A DNA stretch of 64,000 bases from Podarcis melisellensis (Eukaryota), in assembly GCA_964234715.1 (NCBI GenBank), contig OZ174291.1, one strand, 5' to 3'. Below are positions 46,001 through 54,795 of this stretch, piece by piece. The translations under genes were made by a program, and so were the position numbers. Within the stretch, counting starts at the first letter, position 1, and the number at the start of each line of letters is the position of its first letter. The notes beneath the pieces were generated by a model. That model was not told the origin of the DNA. It worked only from the letters and a program-made list of their open reading frames with translations, and did no database searches.

Positions 46001-46983
46001 GTGGTCTTCAGGCCACCCTTCAAGTCCACACCTTTCAGGCCCACATCCATCTGTGCTTGTGGGATTCCAGGTTGTCCCATGGCCCATTTGGAGCCTTTCA
46101 AGGATACTTCTGGGCCTTTTATTGAAGCCGATGGAGCCCCTGCATCAAGCTGAGAAACCTCAACATCAGAAACTGATATACCAAATTTGGGCATTTTCAT
46201 TGCAGGAAACGCCACCTTTCCTGTGCTTCCAGTGTTGATATCTGGAGATTTGATGTTGCCTTCGACGCTGGCACTGGGGATGTCCACTTTTGGACCTTTC
46301 AGATCACCTTGAATTTGGGGTCCCGAAATACCAACTGAAGGACCCTTGAGGTGGGGCAATGATAAATCAGCTTGCAGCCCTCCCACATCACCTTGGATTT
46401 TACCCCGACCTCCTTTCCCATTCACTTCCGGTGTTGTAACATGGAAACCAGCTTCCTGGCCTCCTGGTATAAAGTCAGTCTGGGTTCTCAGATCTACACC
46501 TGTGACATGAGGCCCAGATATTCGAATGTCACTCTTCCCAACCTTAGGCTGTTCCATGTGGATGCCAGGAACACCAAACTCCAACCTCTGAGAGGGTGAC
46601 TCAATAGTTGGTCCGGTATACGTAATGTCAGGTCTTCCTCTCACCCCAGCGTGGGAGTCTGTTATCTGGGTTGTTGTTCTCCCTGACAAGTCAACGTGTG
46701 GGATCTTGATGACAGTCTTCCCAGGTTCTGTTTCAATCTCGGCTTTGGAAATGTGGGTGAGTTCATGTTTCGGAATCTTGATTTTAAACTCCGGGCTGCT
46801 GATGTCAATCTCTTTGGCTCCCTCATGACCTGTGACGTCGACGGTGTAAGCAGTAACTCTCTTAGTGACTGTGATGGTTCTGCTTTGGGTTCCTGTGTGC
46901 TCAACTTCCATGCCATCTTCCGATTTAAGGCGAGGCTTGATTTTTGTGGTGTAAATCCGTTTGTACTCTTCGTCATCTCCGCT
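31084..46983 (-). CDS. AHNAK: AHNAK (desmoyokin) giant exon: central repeat domain and C-terminus
   Basis: ctgttccag|SGDDEEYKRIYTTKIKPRLKSEDG...; tandem PKISMPDVDLNLKGPK / EGPEGKLKGPKFKMPEM repeats; C-terminal KLKFGTFGG...GSDDEMK*; 15,900 nt without a stop. Confidence 0.98.
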   Translation of the reverse strand, partial: SGDDEEYKRIYTTKIKPRLKSEDGMEVEHTGTQSRTITVTKRVTAYTVDVTGHEGAKEIDISSPEFKIKIPKHELTHISKAEIETEPGKTVIKIPHVDLSGRTTTQITDSHAGVRGRPDITYTGPTIESPSQRLEFGVPGIHMEQPKVGKSDIRISGPHVTGVDLRTQTDFIPGGQEAGFHVTTPEVNGKGGRGKIQGDVGGLQADLSLPHLKGPSVGISGPQIQGDLKGPKVDIPSASVEGNIKSPDINTGSTGKVAFPAMKMPKFGISVSDVEVSQLDAGAPSASIKGPEVSLKGSKWAMGQPGIPQAQMDVGLKGVDLKGGLKTTSPTLEGPKVDIKGPSVDLGAPDVSLEGGEGKLKIPHMKLPKFSAPDPAVTVTVPKGGLNISGPKVDLQAPDVTLETHVKGPRYGKPEIAGQTPQISMSDVDLNLRGPKGKGAMDISGPRVEGHLKGPGMNIKGPKLDIETANVDLKGPKVSMPSMQTSPVKVTVPDVDLNVQGPNLKGDVAVSVPKIEGGLKGPQMDLKGPKVDIAAPDIGIKGPGGQLKGPHVKMPEMHVKAPQISIPDIDLNMKGPKVKGGVDVSIPKVGGELKGPAVDITGPTLDIGTPDVELHGPELKMPKMKLPKFGVKGEVPDVDVSLPKGSIDVSAPNVDIEAPTFNIKGPGGQLKGPHVKMPEMHVKTPQISMPDIDLNLKGPKVKGGPQISMPDIDLNVKGPKIKGGVDVSIPKVEGELKGPAVDIKGPKLDIGTPDVELHGPELKMPKMKLPKFGVKGEMPDVDVSLPKGSIDVSAPNVDIEAPTFNIKGPGGQLKGPNVKMPEMHVKAPQISMPDIDLNLKGPKVKGGVDVSIPKVEGELKGPAMDIKGPKLDIGAPDVELHGPELKMPKMKLPKFGVKGEVPDVDVSLPKGSIDVSAPNVDIEAPTFNIKGPGGQLKGPHVKMPEMHVKTPQISMPDIDLNLKGPKVKEGVDVSIPKVEGELKGPAVDIKGPKLDIGTPDVELHGPELKMPKMKLPKFGVKGEVPDVDVSLPKGSIDVSAPGVDIEAPTFNIKGPGGQLKGPHVKMPEMHVKSPQISMPDIDLNLKGPKVKGAPQISMPDIDLNVKGPKVKGGVDVSIPKVGELKGPAVDIKGPKLDIGTPDVELHGPELKMPKMKLPKFGVKGEMPDVDVSLPKGSIDVSAPKVDIEAPGLDIEGPEGRIKGPKFKMPEMHIKTPQISMPDIDLNLKGPKVKGDFDVSVPKLEGGLKGPAIDIKGPQVDIDVPDVDLHGPEGKLKMPKMKMPKFGMPGFKGESPGVDVSLPKGDISISGPKVDVEAPGLDIEGPEGKIKGPKFKMPEMNIKAPKISMPDVDFNLKGPKLKGDVDVSLPKVEGDFKGPEIDIRGPKLDIDAPDVDLHGPEGKLKMPKFKMPKFGMPSFKAEGPEVDVNLPKADVELSAPKVDIEAPALDIEGPEGKLKGPRFKMPELNIHAPKISMPDVDFNLKGPKLKGDVDISGPKVEGDLKGPKVNIEGPNLDVDVPDVELEGPEGKIKGSRFKMPKLNIKSPKISMPDVDLNLKAPKMKGEMDVSVPKIEGDMKGPSIDIKGPKLDVDIPDVDIEGPDAKIKMPKMKLPKFGVPGFKGEGPDVDVSLPKADIDVSGPKLNADMPSIDIEGPEGKLKGPKFKMPEMHFKTPKISMPDIDLNLKGPRARGEMDVTVPNIEGNLKGPQMDIKGPKVDIEAPDIDIEGPEGKWKSPKFKMPEMHIKAPKISMPDVDLNLKGPKIKGDVDVSVPKLEGDLKGPEFDIKGPKLDIDMPDVDLHGPEGKLKMPKFKMPKFGMPGFKGEGPDVDVSLPKADIDVSVPKVDIDAPSLDIEGPEGKVKGPRFKMPDMHFKAPKISLPDVDLNLKGPKVKGEYDVTVPKLEGDLKGPDFNIKGPKLDIDAPDVDIEGPEGKWKSPKFKMPEMHIKAPKISMPDVDLNLKGPKIKGDVDVSVPKLEGDLKGPEFDIKGPKLDIDMPDVDLHGPEGKLKMPKFKMPKFGMPGFKGEGPDVDMSLPKADIDVSVPKVDVDAPSLDIEGPEGKVKGPRFKMPDMHFKAPKISMPDVDLNLKGPKLKGDVDISVPKLEGDLKGPDVDIKGPKLDVELPDVELEGPEGKLRGPKFKMPDMHFKTPKISMPDFDLNLKGPKVKGDVDVSVPKLEGDLKGPNIDIKGPGLDIDAPDVNIEGPEGKWKSPKFKMPEVHIKAPKISMPDIDLNLRGPKVKGDLDVSVPKLEGDLKGPQVDLKGPKLDIDVPDVDLEGPEGKLKGPKFKMPEMHIKAPKISMPDLDLGLKGPKVKGDVGVSVPKLEGDLKGPDVNIKGPKVGVDIPDVEIEGPEGKLKGPKFKMPEMHFNVPKISMPDIDLNWRGPKIKGDADVSVPKLEGDLKGPNVDIKGPKLDVDIPDVELEGPEGKLKGPKFKMPEMNIKAPKISMPDFDLNLKGPNLKGDVDVSLPKVEGDLKGPDVDIKGPKLDIDAPDFSIDGPEGKVKGPKFKMPDMHFKAPKISMPDVDFNLKGPKLKGDVDVSVPKLEGDLKGPDVDIKGPKLDVDLPDVELEGPEGKLKGPKFKMPDMHFKTPKISMPDFDLNLKGPNLKGDVDVSVPKLEGDLKGPEIDIKGPKLDVDVPDVELEGPDGKWKSPKFKMPEMNIKAPKISMPDVDFNLKGPKLKGDVDVSLPKVEGDLKGPEIDIKGPKLDIDAPDVDLHGPEGKLKMPKFKMPKFGMPGFKGEGPELDVNLPKGDIDISAPKMDIEGPELDIEGPDGKIKGPKFKMPEMHIKAPKLSMPDVDLNLKGPKLKGDVDVSLPKVEGGLKGPDIDIKGPKLDIEAPDVDLHGPEGKLKMPKFKMPKFGMSGFKGEGPSVDVSLPKGEVDISGPSLDIETPDLEIEGPEGKLRGPKFKKPEINFNVPKISMPDIDLNLKGPKLKGDLEGDIKGLNVELKGPEVDLEAPKIDIEGKAKKSRFKLPKFSFSGPKVHTPEVDVKLKKPDVNISGPKVDVQGPDVDVHGKVKGPKFKMPSLNISSPKVSKPDVELNLKGPKLKGDLDVSAPSLEGDLKGPDIDIKGPKLDIDVPDVDLHGPEGKLKMPKFKMPKFGMPGFKGEGPEVDINLPKADIDVSGPKVDIETPDLDIEGPEGNIKGPKLKMPEMHFNVPKISMPDINLKGPKLKGDVDVSVPKLEGPDVDIKGPKLDVDLPDVELEGPEGKLKGPKFKMPDMHFKTPKISMPDFDLNLKGPKVKGDVDVSVPKLEGDLKGPEIDIKGPKLDVDVPDVELEGPDVKWKGPKFKMPEMNIKAPKISMPDVDFNLKGPKLKGDVDVSLPKVEGDFKGPEIDIKGPKLDIDAPDVDLHGPEGKLKMPKFKMPKFGMPGFKAEGPDVDVSLPKAELDVSLPKVDIDAPGLDIEGPEGKVKGPKFKMPDMHFKAPKISMPDVDFNLKGPKLKGDVDVSVPKLEGDLKGPDVDIQGPKLDVDLPDVELEGPEGKLRGPKFKMPDMHFKAPKISMPDFDLNLKGPKVKGDVDVSVPKLEGDLKGPEIDIKGPKLDVDVPDVELEGPEGKWKSPKFKMPEMNIKAPKISMPDVDFNLKGPKLKGDVDVSLPKVEGDFKGPEIDIKGPKLDIDAPDVDLHGPEGKLKMPKFKMPKFGMPSFKAEGPDVDVSLPKADLDVSLPKVDIDAPSLDIEGPEGKVKGPKFKMPDMHFKAPKISMPDVDFNLKGPKLKGDVDVSVPKLEGDLKGPDVDIKGPKLDVDLPDVELEGPEGKLKGPKFKMPDMHFKTPKISMPDFDLNLKGPKVKGDVDVSVPKLEGDLKGPEIDIKGPKLDVDVPDVELEGPDGKWKSPKFKMPEMNIKAPKISMPDVDFNLKGPKLKGDVDVSLPKVEGDLKGPEIDIKGPKLDIDAPDVDLHGPEGKLKMPKFKMPKFGMPSFKAEGPDVDVSLPKADLDVSLPKVDIDAPSLDIEGPEGKVKGPKFKMPDMHFKAPKISMPDVDFNLKGPKLKGDVDVSVPKLEGDLKGPDVDIQGPKLDVDLPDVELEGPEGKLRGPKFRMPDMHFKTPKISMPDFDLNLKGPKVKGDVDVSVPKLEGDLKGPEIDIKGPKLDVDVPDVELEGPEGKWKSPKFKMPDMHFKAPKISMPDMNLNLKGPKLKGDVDVSVPEFEGDLRGPEIDIKGPKIDAPDIDIEGPDGKLKGPKFKMPEMNIKAPKLSMPDVDLNLKGPKLKGDVDVSLPKIGGDLKAPDVDIHGPKLDVSVPDVELECPEGKLKGPKFKMPDMHFKTPKISMPDFDLNLKGPKVKGDVDVSVPKLEGDLKGPEIDIKGPKLDVDVPDVELEGPEGKWKSPKFKMPEMNIKGPKISMPDVDFNLKGPKLKGDVDVSLPKVEGDFKGPEIDIKGPQLDIDAPNVDIHGPDGKVKFPKMKLPKFGMPEFKGEGPHIDVNVPKGELELSGPSLNIEGPEGKLKGPKIKTPQISMPEIDLNLKGPKMKGDVDVALPKVEGSLKGPGIDIQGPGIEAKGPEIDLECPDVNLEGPEGNVKLPKFKMPKFGFGAKSPKADISLPEGELNVESPDISISGKGKKSKFKMPKIHMSGPKVKGKKAGFAVSGDMDASMKSPDLEGSISVPEASLKGDMNIKSPKGKKSMFGKLSFPDVEFDIKSPMFKADASLPKVEGEIKSPGIDVSSPSLKSPDLDITVPSGSASLPDVNIGGPDIHLKKPKFKFSGGNVDLAGPKLEGDLRGPSVDANLSAPDISLKGPSVNLPSMGVSAPSMSAPDINLKGPKLKGDIDLPQMEGQGLEGKLKMPKFGLPKIGKPGVKVEGPEVDLQGKLPSASVDVSAPSIGGSMTAPAVDVSLKGPKFGGDVGLSGDIKGPKIGFGTPDVDVSGFEGKLKMPKAPGLDVNVSAPDLDVKAPTVKMASGGGISAPDFDVNLKGPKIKGDFGISGGITSPQVAVEAPDVNVEGSGVGIKIPCMKLPQFGIASEGGSISGPQIKGPEVDLKGHDISAPGFDLNVKGPSLKGDVNVSGGMKGQQIGVGAPGVKISGMGLDAGAPDVSLRGPSLNVSAPKVSGPELNMGMQGSGGLQFSGPKAGVDLKGPKLEVKGPSVGVNVPHGHLESPSGQVSFPRMKMPKFVVAGQELTGREVGVDVEFPQAPEASFHAGAVNVELEEPDIKLKKSKIKMPKFPFSKSKVKGSVGSPEISVSASGCEGELQASLGSLEGDVEVEGSASPKGKFSFFKGKKSRHRSSSFSDEHSSHSTPTGTLEHDKGKQAKLKFGTFGGIGAKTKGSYEVSGSDDEMK

Positions 46984-47860
46984 CTGGAACAGAGAGGAAT
47001 GAGTTGTTACTGTCAACAGCAGTCTAAACATAAAATACTGATATCTACACCTATCAGTTTATCACATCTAAATCCACAAGTGCAGTATGGATTGATGCAC
47101 ATACAGAGAGTGGATGTCGCTTGTAGACAGTTGAAGAGGCCTTACTTCTCTGCAGGGCTTTTTTTCCAAATAAAAAATTTAAATTCCTGCACATAGAAAG
47201 CAAGATATCAGCAAAATCAACAACATTGTAGCCTTGCCTTTCTCCTTGATAATTTGTTTTGATAATTTTGCAGATAATTTAGTAGTGCCAACCAGTAACA
47301 TAAGGCCTCACCCACAAAACCTGAAGTGATACAGCCCAGACATGGGATGATCAACTCTGAAATAATTTGTTCTGCTTCAAATAACTAATGCGAGGATATT
47401 CATTTCACTTTTAATTTTTATACCGGTTTTTAAATTACCATACACAAGGCGGTTTATAAGCTGAAGAAACAGCAAAATAGACAGCAAAGATCACACACCT
47501 AATAACAATCTGATCCAATACCAAAAAAGTCATAATAAAAAACATAACTTTAAAATAAACAATCAGTGGCCCTCTGGGTGCAGTTGAACTACAACTCCCA
47601 TCATCCCTGATGATACTGGCTGGAACTGTTGAGGGTCCAACAAGCTACCTGTCCCTGAACTCACCTTTTGGTACCTGCCCTCAACTCCTTAACTGATTGC
47701 ATTTGTAAATTTGATAAAAGTCTTCCTCTGGTGTCCTGGAATATCCAAGACGCCACAGGTGTATGGAAAGAGCCAGGTCCCAAGTTCCCCCAGGCCCACC
47801 CTTAGATCCTTCCTCCATCATCTACAAAAGGGGGTCCTCTCCATCACGATGCTCACTCAC

Positions 47861-48048
47861 CAAAACAACCTCTGGACTCCTTGAGGCAAAGACATCATGG
47901 GACCAAGACTGTCCTGGCAATGGAGACCGGTCGCCTTTCCTCTGCAGCCGAAGGCCAACAGTGTGGTGGCCCACGTTCTTCAGGAGCTCTGTGACTTCCC
48001 CGGACTGCAGGTTGTCGAAGTAGATTGTGGCACTCACGATCTGATCCC
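47861..48048 (-). CDS. AHNAK: AHNAK second coding exon (PDZ-like domain)
   Basis: ccctcag|GG DQIVSATIYFDNLQSGEVTELLKNVGHHTVGLRLQRKGDRSP...PEVVL|gtgagt; 188 nt, phase 1-0. Confidence 0.96.
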
Positions 48049-48542
48049 CTGAGGGGGTGGGGGGTGGGATTAAGAACATTAAGAAAAAGCCCTGCATCCA
48101 CACTGGCCAACCAGAGGCCTCTGGGAATCCCGCACCATAGGGCTGGAGCTGTTGTTTGCCCCCAGCAGCTGGTATTCAGAGACAAACTGCCCCTAAACTT
48201 GGAGGCTCCAGTTAGCTGTCACGGCTAGCAGCAGTTGATAAACCTATTCTCCTCCATGAATTTAGCAAAAAGCCAGCCCATTTTAAGAAGACAATTGAAC
48301 TAGTCCATGATGTGCTGTGTGTAGAGCTGCTTCATTTTTTTAATTATTATTTTTATCTCTCCTAAACCTAACACATCTGGTATTAAGAGAGCCCAGCTGA
48401 GTGCAAAATGTCCTGAGGGGATAGCTGGCTGACATGGGCTGAGCAAAGTTCTGCAGCCCTTACCCTTCTGTTTTTAATTTATTTTCCCCCATTTCTATTA
48501 CACTCTCCAAAAATAGCACATTAGGCCAGTCCTTTGTCACAG

Positions 48543-48866
48543 GTCCCATCTACATGACACTTTTAAAGCAGCATCATACTGCTTTAGAACAGTCAAGGAA
48601 TCCTGGGAACTTCAATATGTTAAGGGTGCCAAGAGTTGTTGGGAAGCCCCATTCCCTTCACAGAGCTACAACTCCCAGAGGTTTCTGGGAAGAGGGGTAG
48701 ACTGCTAAACCACTCTGGGAACTGTAGCTCTGGGGTGGGGGAATAGGGGTCTCTAAGCACCCTTCAGCACCATTAACAGACTGCAGCCCCCAGGACTCTC
48801 TGCAGGAAGCCGTGACAGTTTAAAGTAGTATCGTAGTGCTTTAAAAGTATGGTGCGGATATGGCGC
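48543..48866. mobile_element. Degenerate palindromic MITE
   Basis: Imperfect foldback centred near 48695 (AGAGCTACAACTCCCAGAG / CTCTGGGAACTGTAGCTCT); related fragment near 60760-60905. Confidence 0.6.
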
Positions 48867-49014
48867 ACGTGACTCTTCAAGATGTCATGGGGGACTCTTT
48901 GTGACCATAAAGAGGATGCCCTCTGGTGGCTTTAAAAGTTGATGATGAACAGGGAGGAGGAGGTGGCTTCTCTGCCCTCGCCCAGACCACCCCCCACAAA
49001 ACCACCTCACTGAC

Positions 49015-49171
49015 CTTCTTTCACAATGCCTGCTTTGGCAGCGGGTGAGTCCTGTTGAACCTGTTTCACGAAAACGCCTTCGTTCGTCTGGTCGATGGTA
49101 AGTCCGCGAGAGCCAATGCCTTCCCAGTCGGGGAGCAGAATCTCCCGGGTCTCTTCTTCCTCCTTCTCCAT
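49015..49171 (-). CDS. AHNAK: AHNAK first coding exon (PDZ-like domain)
   Basis: ttccttaag|ATG; MEKEEEETREILLPDWEGIGSRGLTIDQTNEGVFVKQVQQDSPAAKAGIVKE G|gtcagt; total CDS 16,245 nt = 5414 aa + stop. Confidence 0.95.
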
Positions 49172-49769
49172 CTTAAGGAAGGAAGGAAGGAAGTGTGTAA
49201 ATAGGAGGCCATGGGGAACTCAAGAGGCTGCACTTAAAGAGGAGAACTCCTGCTCAAATTCTGCACCTCAAAAGTATGCTACAGGCTTAGTCTATTTCAG
49301 AAAATGCATTTTGCTCTATTATATTTTCATCCCAATCTTGCTCCAACAATCTCAGGGCAGTTATATAAGGACATAAGATGATCCTGCAGGATCAGGCCAA
49401 AGGTGGTCCATCAAGCACACAATCCTGTTCTCACAGTGGCCAACCAGAGGCTTGTGGGAAACCTGTTAGCAGGATTCGAGCACAAGAGTCCTCTCCCCTC
49501 CTGTGGTTTCCAGCAACTGGTATTCAGAAGCATTGGTGCCTCCAAATGTTTAGTTGAGATGCCATTATCCACACAACAGCCTGGTGAGGTTGGTTACGTC
49601 AATGACCATTTGCCCCAAGATGACCCACTAAGTTGCTGGGCTAATTGCTATGTTCCAAATCCTGTGGTCTACCCTGTGCTGCACATAGCTCCTCTCCAGG
49701 ACTAGGAGATCTGGATAAATATGGCACAGTAGTACCACTGCTTTACTAATAAAGAATAGACTGAATCAC

Positions 49770-49863
49770 CTTTCTAGGACTTTGGTCCAGGCCGGAACCG
49801 CCCCAGGAATTCCCTTCTCGTCACTTGCCAATCCTTTGGTAATGTTTCTTCCAACTTCCCAAC
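49770..49863 (-). other. AHNAK: Probable AHNAK non-coding 5'UTR exon
   Basis: Strong acceptor ttttgttttctcttctag|GTTG and donor AAAG|gtgatt; 94 nt; position matches the short UTR exon I recall preceding the ATG exon in mammals. Confidence 0.65.
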
Positions 49864-52800
49864 CTAGAAGAGAAAACAAAACAAAGCCTTGTTGGTGAAA
49901 GAGAACTTGCCATGTCTAGGCATCGTGTTTGATGAATCCACGTCAAGCGCAGGGGATGGGGAATCTGAATTCTCTTGGGAGAAGAACTGGGGTCCCTGAA
50001 AATATAAGCTATCCCCCCTCCCACCTTTAAGGAAGTCCCCATTTCAGGGTTGGGGAACCTGTGACCCTCCTAGACATTATGAGACCACAATTCCCAGCAT
50101 CACTGCCATCCCTCATGGCTGGTGCAAACTGGAGTCATGAGGCATCTGCAAAGCCACAGGTTCCCTCACCCCTGCTCTGTTTGCAAAAGCAGGTTCCAAA
50201 GAATGTCAGCAATGCCTTTCGAAGTTTATAGGATGGTGAAAGTAGGTTTGTTGAGAGGAAGAATCAGAACTATTTTCAAAAGCTAACGAGGAATGCTGCT
50301 TTCGCGTTCCACTTGGCGAAATTGTTCTCTGTGGCGTACATATTTCTACACCAACTGCCGCCCATCACAAAAAGATATCCCTTTAATTGCCAAATAAAAC
50401 ATACTAGGAAGGGTATACAGAGAGTACTCGGCGCAGCTGATGTTTATACCCACTTAAGAACTGCCTTGCTCAGTCTGGCTGGTTTGGTAATCTGTGTCCA
50501 GAAAGTGGCATCTGGGTGCCTGTGGGGAAGGTGTCTAGGAGTCCCTGCCCCCTGGCATTCAGAACTACTGCCTCTAAACATGAAGGGTCCATTTATGTAT
50601 CACTCCCTCTGTCTGTGATGTTCAGGCTTATGTAGGCAAAAGAGCATCACCCCACCAGGCTCCGGGGAAACCTGCAGAATTCTTTAGGGATGGAAACCCC
50701 CAAGCAGGGCAAAACCTCAAAACCAGCTCAATAAGAGCATGCATAAAATTATCAAGGCGGCTTACAACAGAATATGTGAGTACGCTAAAACATAAAGTGC
50801 CATAAAAGCAACGCAAAATAATTATTAAGATGATTATATAATCAGTGGAGGGGGGATATTTTTAGGTACTCCCTCTGCATCATTCAATGTTATCTCTATA
50901 TTTCCCCACAAACATTCAAGTCCTTTTCCCCCTGAACTAAAAATCCAGCCCCTTGATCCATTTGCTGCCCTTTACTCATTCCTTTCCAAAATTATAACCA
51001 GAACCAAGACATTTCACTGTCTCAAGTAGCTTACAAATGGTGTCACACACCCACACACCCCGTTTTAGAAGTCTTGCTGCAACCCTTAGACACTAATTCC
51101 TGCTTTTCATCTATTTCCCTGCCTCCCTTTGTGTTGCCGCCTGAGGCACCTTGATTCACCCTGGGGCATGGCAGGGCTGGTGCTGACTATAAGAAGAATG
51201 TAAGAAGAGCCAAGGGCCTGTCTTAATCCAGCATCCTGCCTCTCGCAGGGGCCACCCACCCCACAAGCAGGACCCAAGTGCAAGAGCACTCTTCCCTCTT
51301 GCAGTTTCCAGCAGGTGGCATTCAGAAGCGTTGGTGGAGGCAGAGCACAGTCGCCATGCTCTGAGATGGGGCGCAAGAACACTGACCTGTTTCAGAGCCA
51401 GCAATACCACATCGCTTAAGCACGTGTAAAAGGCTGTATTGGAAAGGGAAGAGAGACAACTGCTCCCTTCCCTTACCCCCTTCCCGTCCTCTTCTCCTCA
51501 GGCAACTCTTCTTCCTTGTGAGCCTGTGCACACTTCTTCCCCGGCTGAGCATGCTACATGCCAGCCACAGCCCCTCCCACAGCCTGAGCATGCAAGGCAT
51601 GGTACATATGCCGGCAGGAATGCAAAGCCTGTGTTCTCCCTACCCCTGGACTCTAAAAGGAGGAACCTTCCAGGGCATAAGCGGCAGTGCAATGCAAGGA
51701 AGCAGTGGGAAACATCGAAACCTGTAGAAGCCAAGGAGTTAATAGGCAAGCAGGTGTAGCTCAGCAGCAGAGAACATGGCTTGCCCGCAGAAGGTCCCAG
51801 GTTCAATCCTTCCTCAAAAGAACCAGGTGGCAGATGGTGGAAACATTCTCCTCTGCCCAAGACCCTGGAGATACTCGGCTCAACAGTAGATCAAAGTGGG
51901 GCTTCCACATTCAGGAACAGTCTAGCTCTGAGTGCCAGAAGCTCCCAGATCAGATGAAGGGTTTGTTGAGGTTTTTTCTGTAGCCCTGATTTCTGCACAC
52001 TGTCAAAATCCTAAAACGTATTTTGTTTTTATCCTTCATGTGTTGCAATTTGCTTACTCTAGTACAATCTCTTTTCTTAATGGTTCATTAATATATGCTG
52101 CTGCCTTATAGGGTTTCAGGCAGGGAAAGGTCTTGCCCATCACCAGCTACCTGACACTGGGACATTCTGCATGCTGAGCTCTCATGCTGCAGACTCTCCC
52201 TTGAAGCAGAGGAGGCTGCCTTATTCCAAGTCTGTCTCTTTGTCCATCTGGCCCAGCCCTGACTAGCAGCCAGTCTGAAAAAGAGATCTCAGGCAGAGAC
52301 GAGTCCTTCGCACCACCGGCTACCAGAGATTTGAACCTGGGACTTTGTCCATGAAAAGCATGAGCTACGGTCCCTCCTTGCGCAGGTAGACTTCCCCTTG
52401 GTGGAATGGGGCCTTCATTTAAAAGGTGCAATACCATTTATCAGCAGAGTGGAAAGGACTTGTAATGAAGGAGAAGGAGAAGAAAGGACAGAGCACAACT
52501 GGTCATGTTGCATAAGTGTTTTTAAAGGGTGCAGCCAGGGGGCGGCCATGCCTTCATGATCGATGCTTTGCAATGCTCTGGCTCCCATACCCAATCCCAG
52601 CTCAAACGCCCCACCTTCCACGCCTAGACCGTGCCAACTTTCTGCGAAGCAACAAGAGGGGAAAGTTTTCCACTTCCAAACAGCTACAGACATGCATGCT
52701 CAGGTCATGCATGAAACCTGATCAGCCCAGACAGGAGGAGGGGAGGCTGCAGAAGAGGCTCCCACTGACATCAGCTCCTGGCCCTAACTGGAGAGTCTTC

Positions 52801-54533
52801 ACAAGCCAGCATTTGAACTGGGAACAAGACACCAGAACTCACCCACCCCTCACAAGATGGCAAACGACATATCCAGGCTTGTTTCCTTAATCTCTGTGGT
52901 CTTGTGGACTCCACCAGCCCCCAGTTACAGAGAGGAAAACAACTTCTCACAACAACCATCACTGGCCAAGTGTGCCCACACACAGGCTGAAGAAAGCTGC
53001 TGGAACAAGTGTGGTGTATTGGGAGACCAGGGTTCAAATCCCCACCGCACCCCCCAGCCATGAAGATCACAGGGTTGTTATGGAGCTAAATTGGGGAGGG
53101 ACAGAAACATCTATGCCCCCATGAGCTCCTTGGAGGAAAAGCTAGGATGTGAATGCAATCAGTCAATAACTAAAAGAGGGAATCTGTTTGCAATGTCTGG
53201 AAATGTCTCTGAAGCCAGAAGGTTAGAAGAATTCAACCGACACCCAGCAGACACTGTCTATGCTCTGCCCTTAATGTTCCCCCTACCACCAGCAGCCTAT
53301 GTTTGGTCTTTATTGTACACCATCCCTTCCTCCCACTAAACATAGGGAATTCTGTAAAAGCACAGACACTGCAATCAAGTTGTGGAAATGGGCTGTCTGT
53401 GGTTGGTCAAGCACCAAGCTTGCTTGGTTTCCTAAGTACACACGGCTCTTTCCTCTTTGCCTTTTATGGGTTGGGTTCCTCCATAAGGCAAAGTAAAAAA
53501 AATAAATCCATATCCCATTACAGGATTATTTTTTTTAAGGCAATCAACCGGGGGGCGGGGTATCAAATTATGGACAATGGGTCATGGTAACCTGCATTAC
53601 AATTTAGGCCATCCCAGAATCAATGCTATTTCATGTCTTCCTTGCCATGCTTTTGCAACACCACTGATAGATAAGATAGGATGTCTTTATGTATTTATCC
53701 ATTCGATGCAGTGATGATCTCCAGCAGTCAATGTTGCCCTCCAGATTTTTGGGACTGCAGCTCCCCACAGTCCCAGCCAGCATGGCCCCAAAAATCTGAA
53801 GGGCATCAGGTTGTTGAAGACTGATCTTCAGCGAGTGCAACCTCTGAAGTCAGGCAAGATGGAGGAGGAAACGCCGCAGGATTCCAGACTACAGAAGCCA
53901 GCCAGAGGTGGGGCGGAGCTGCTACTTAAGATATTTCACCTCCATCTCTAAAGGCATTAGGGGATGGTCATGTCTTCAGGAATGCACTTCGCTGGTGCGC
54001 CTTTCAGATCCGGAAATTCCCAAATAATTACGATGACCCCAGAAGTGCTGTTTTTCTAGAAAACGTTCCAGCTGCAGACCAAGGAAAGCAGACTTGCCAA
54101 AAATCCCCACCCCACATGTCAGGGATGGAAATATCATCCCACAAACACATTTCTCCCTTTGGATTTTCAAGCCCTAAACAGTTTTGGGAGCAAGTTATCC
54201 AAAGGACAGCCTGCACATGTGATATGACCCTGCCCAAAGTCTAAGACTGTCTTTGGAGGCCCTAAAGATAAGAGAGGTCAGGCTGACTGGGCCCTGTCAG
54301 TGACAGCCTCATATTTCTGGAATACGCTTCCTCTTGAGGTTCACAGCGCACCTTCACTGGAGAGTTTTAAAAGAGCTCTTGAGACAGATTTCCCTCTGCT
54401 TTTTTATTAACTGCTGTGTTTTAACCATGTTTTGCTGCTTGTTTTTAAAAGGACATGAGGCAGATTTTAAACTGTTGGCTGTATATGTTTCTAAGACAGC
54501 CTGTGCACTTTCCCTGAAAGGCAGGGCAGAGAT

Positions 54534-54795
54534 TACCGTATTTTTCGCTCTAAAGGACGCACAGACCACAAGACGCACCTAGTTTTTGGAGGAGGAAAAC
54601 AAGAAAAAAAATATTCTGAATCTCAGAAGCCAGAACAGCAAGAGGGATCGCTGCACAGTGAAAGTAGCAATCCCTCTTGCTGTTCTGGCTTCTGGGATAG
54701 CTGCGCAGCCTGCATTCGTTCCATAAGACGCACACACATTTCCCCTTACTTTTTAGGAGGGAAAAAGTGAGTATTATAGAGCAAAAAATAGGGTA
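54534..54795. mobile_element. Tc1/mariner-superfamily (pogo/Tc2-like) MITE
   Basis: TA-CCGTATTTTTCGCTCTA ... TAGAGCAAAAAATAGGG-TA. Confidence 0.8.

Noticed and set aside
46984-47031. ORF-track start MFRLLLTVTTHSSLFQ of the 5315-aa ORF
   Set aside because: Intronic; the real exon starts at the acceptor at 46983 and the ATG is at 49171.
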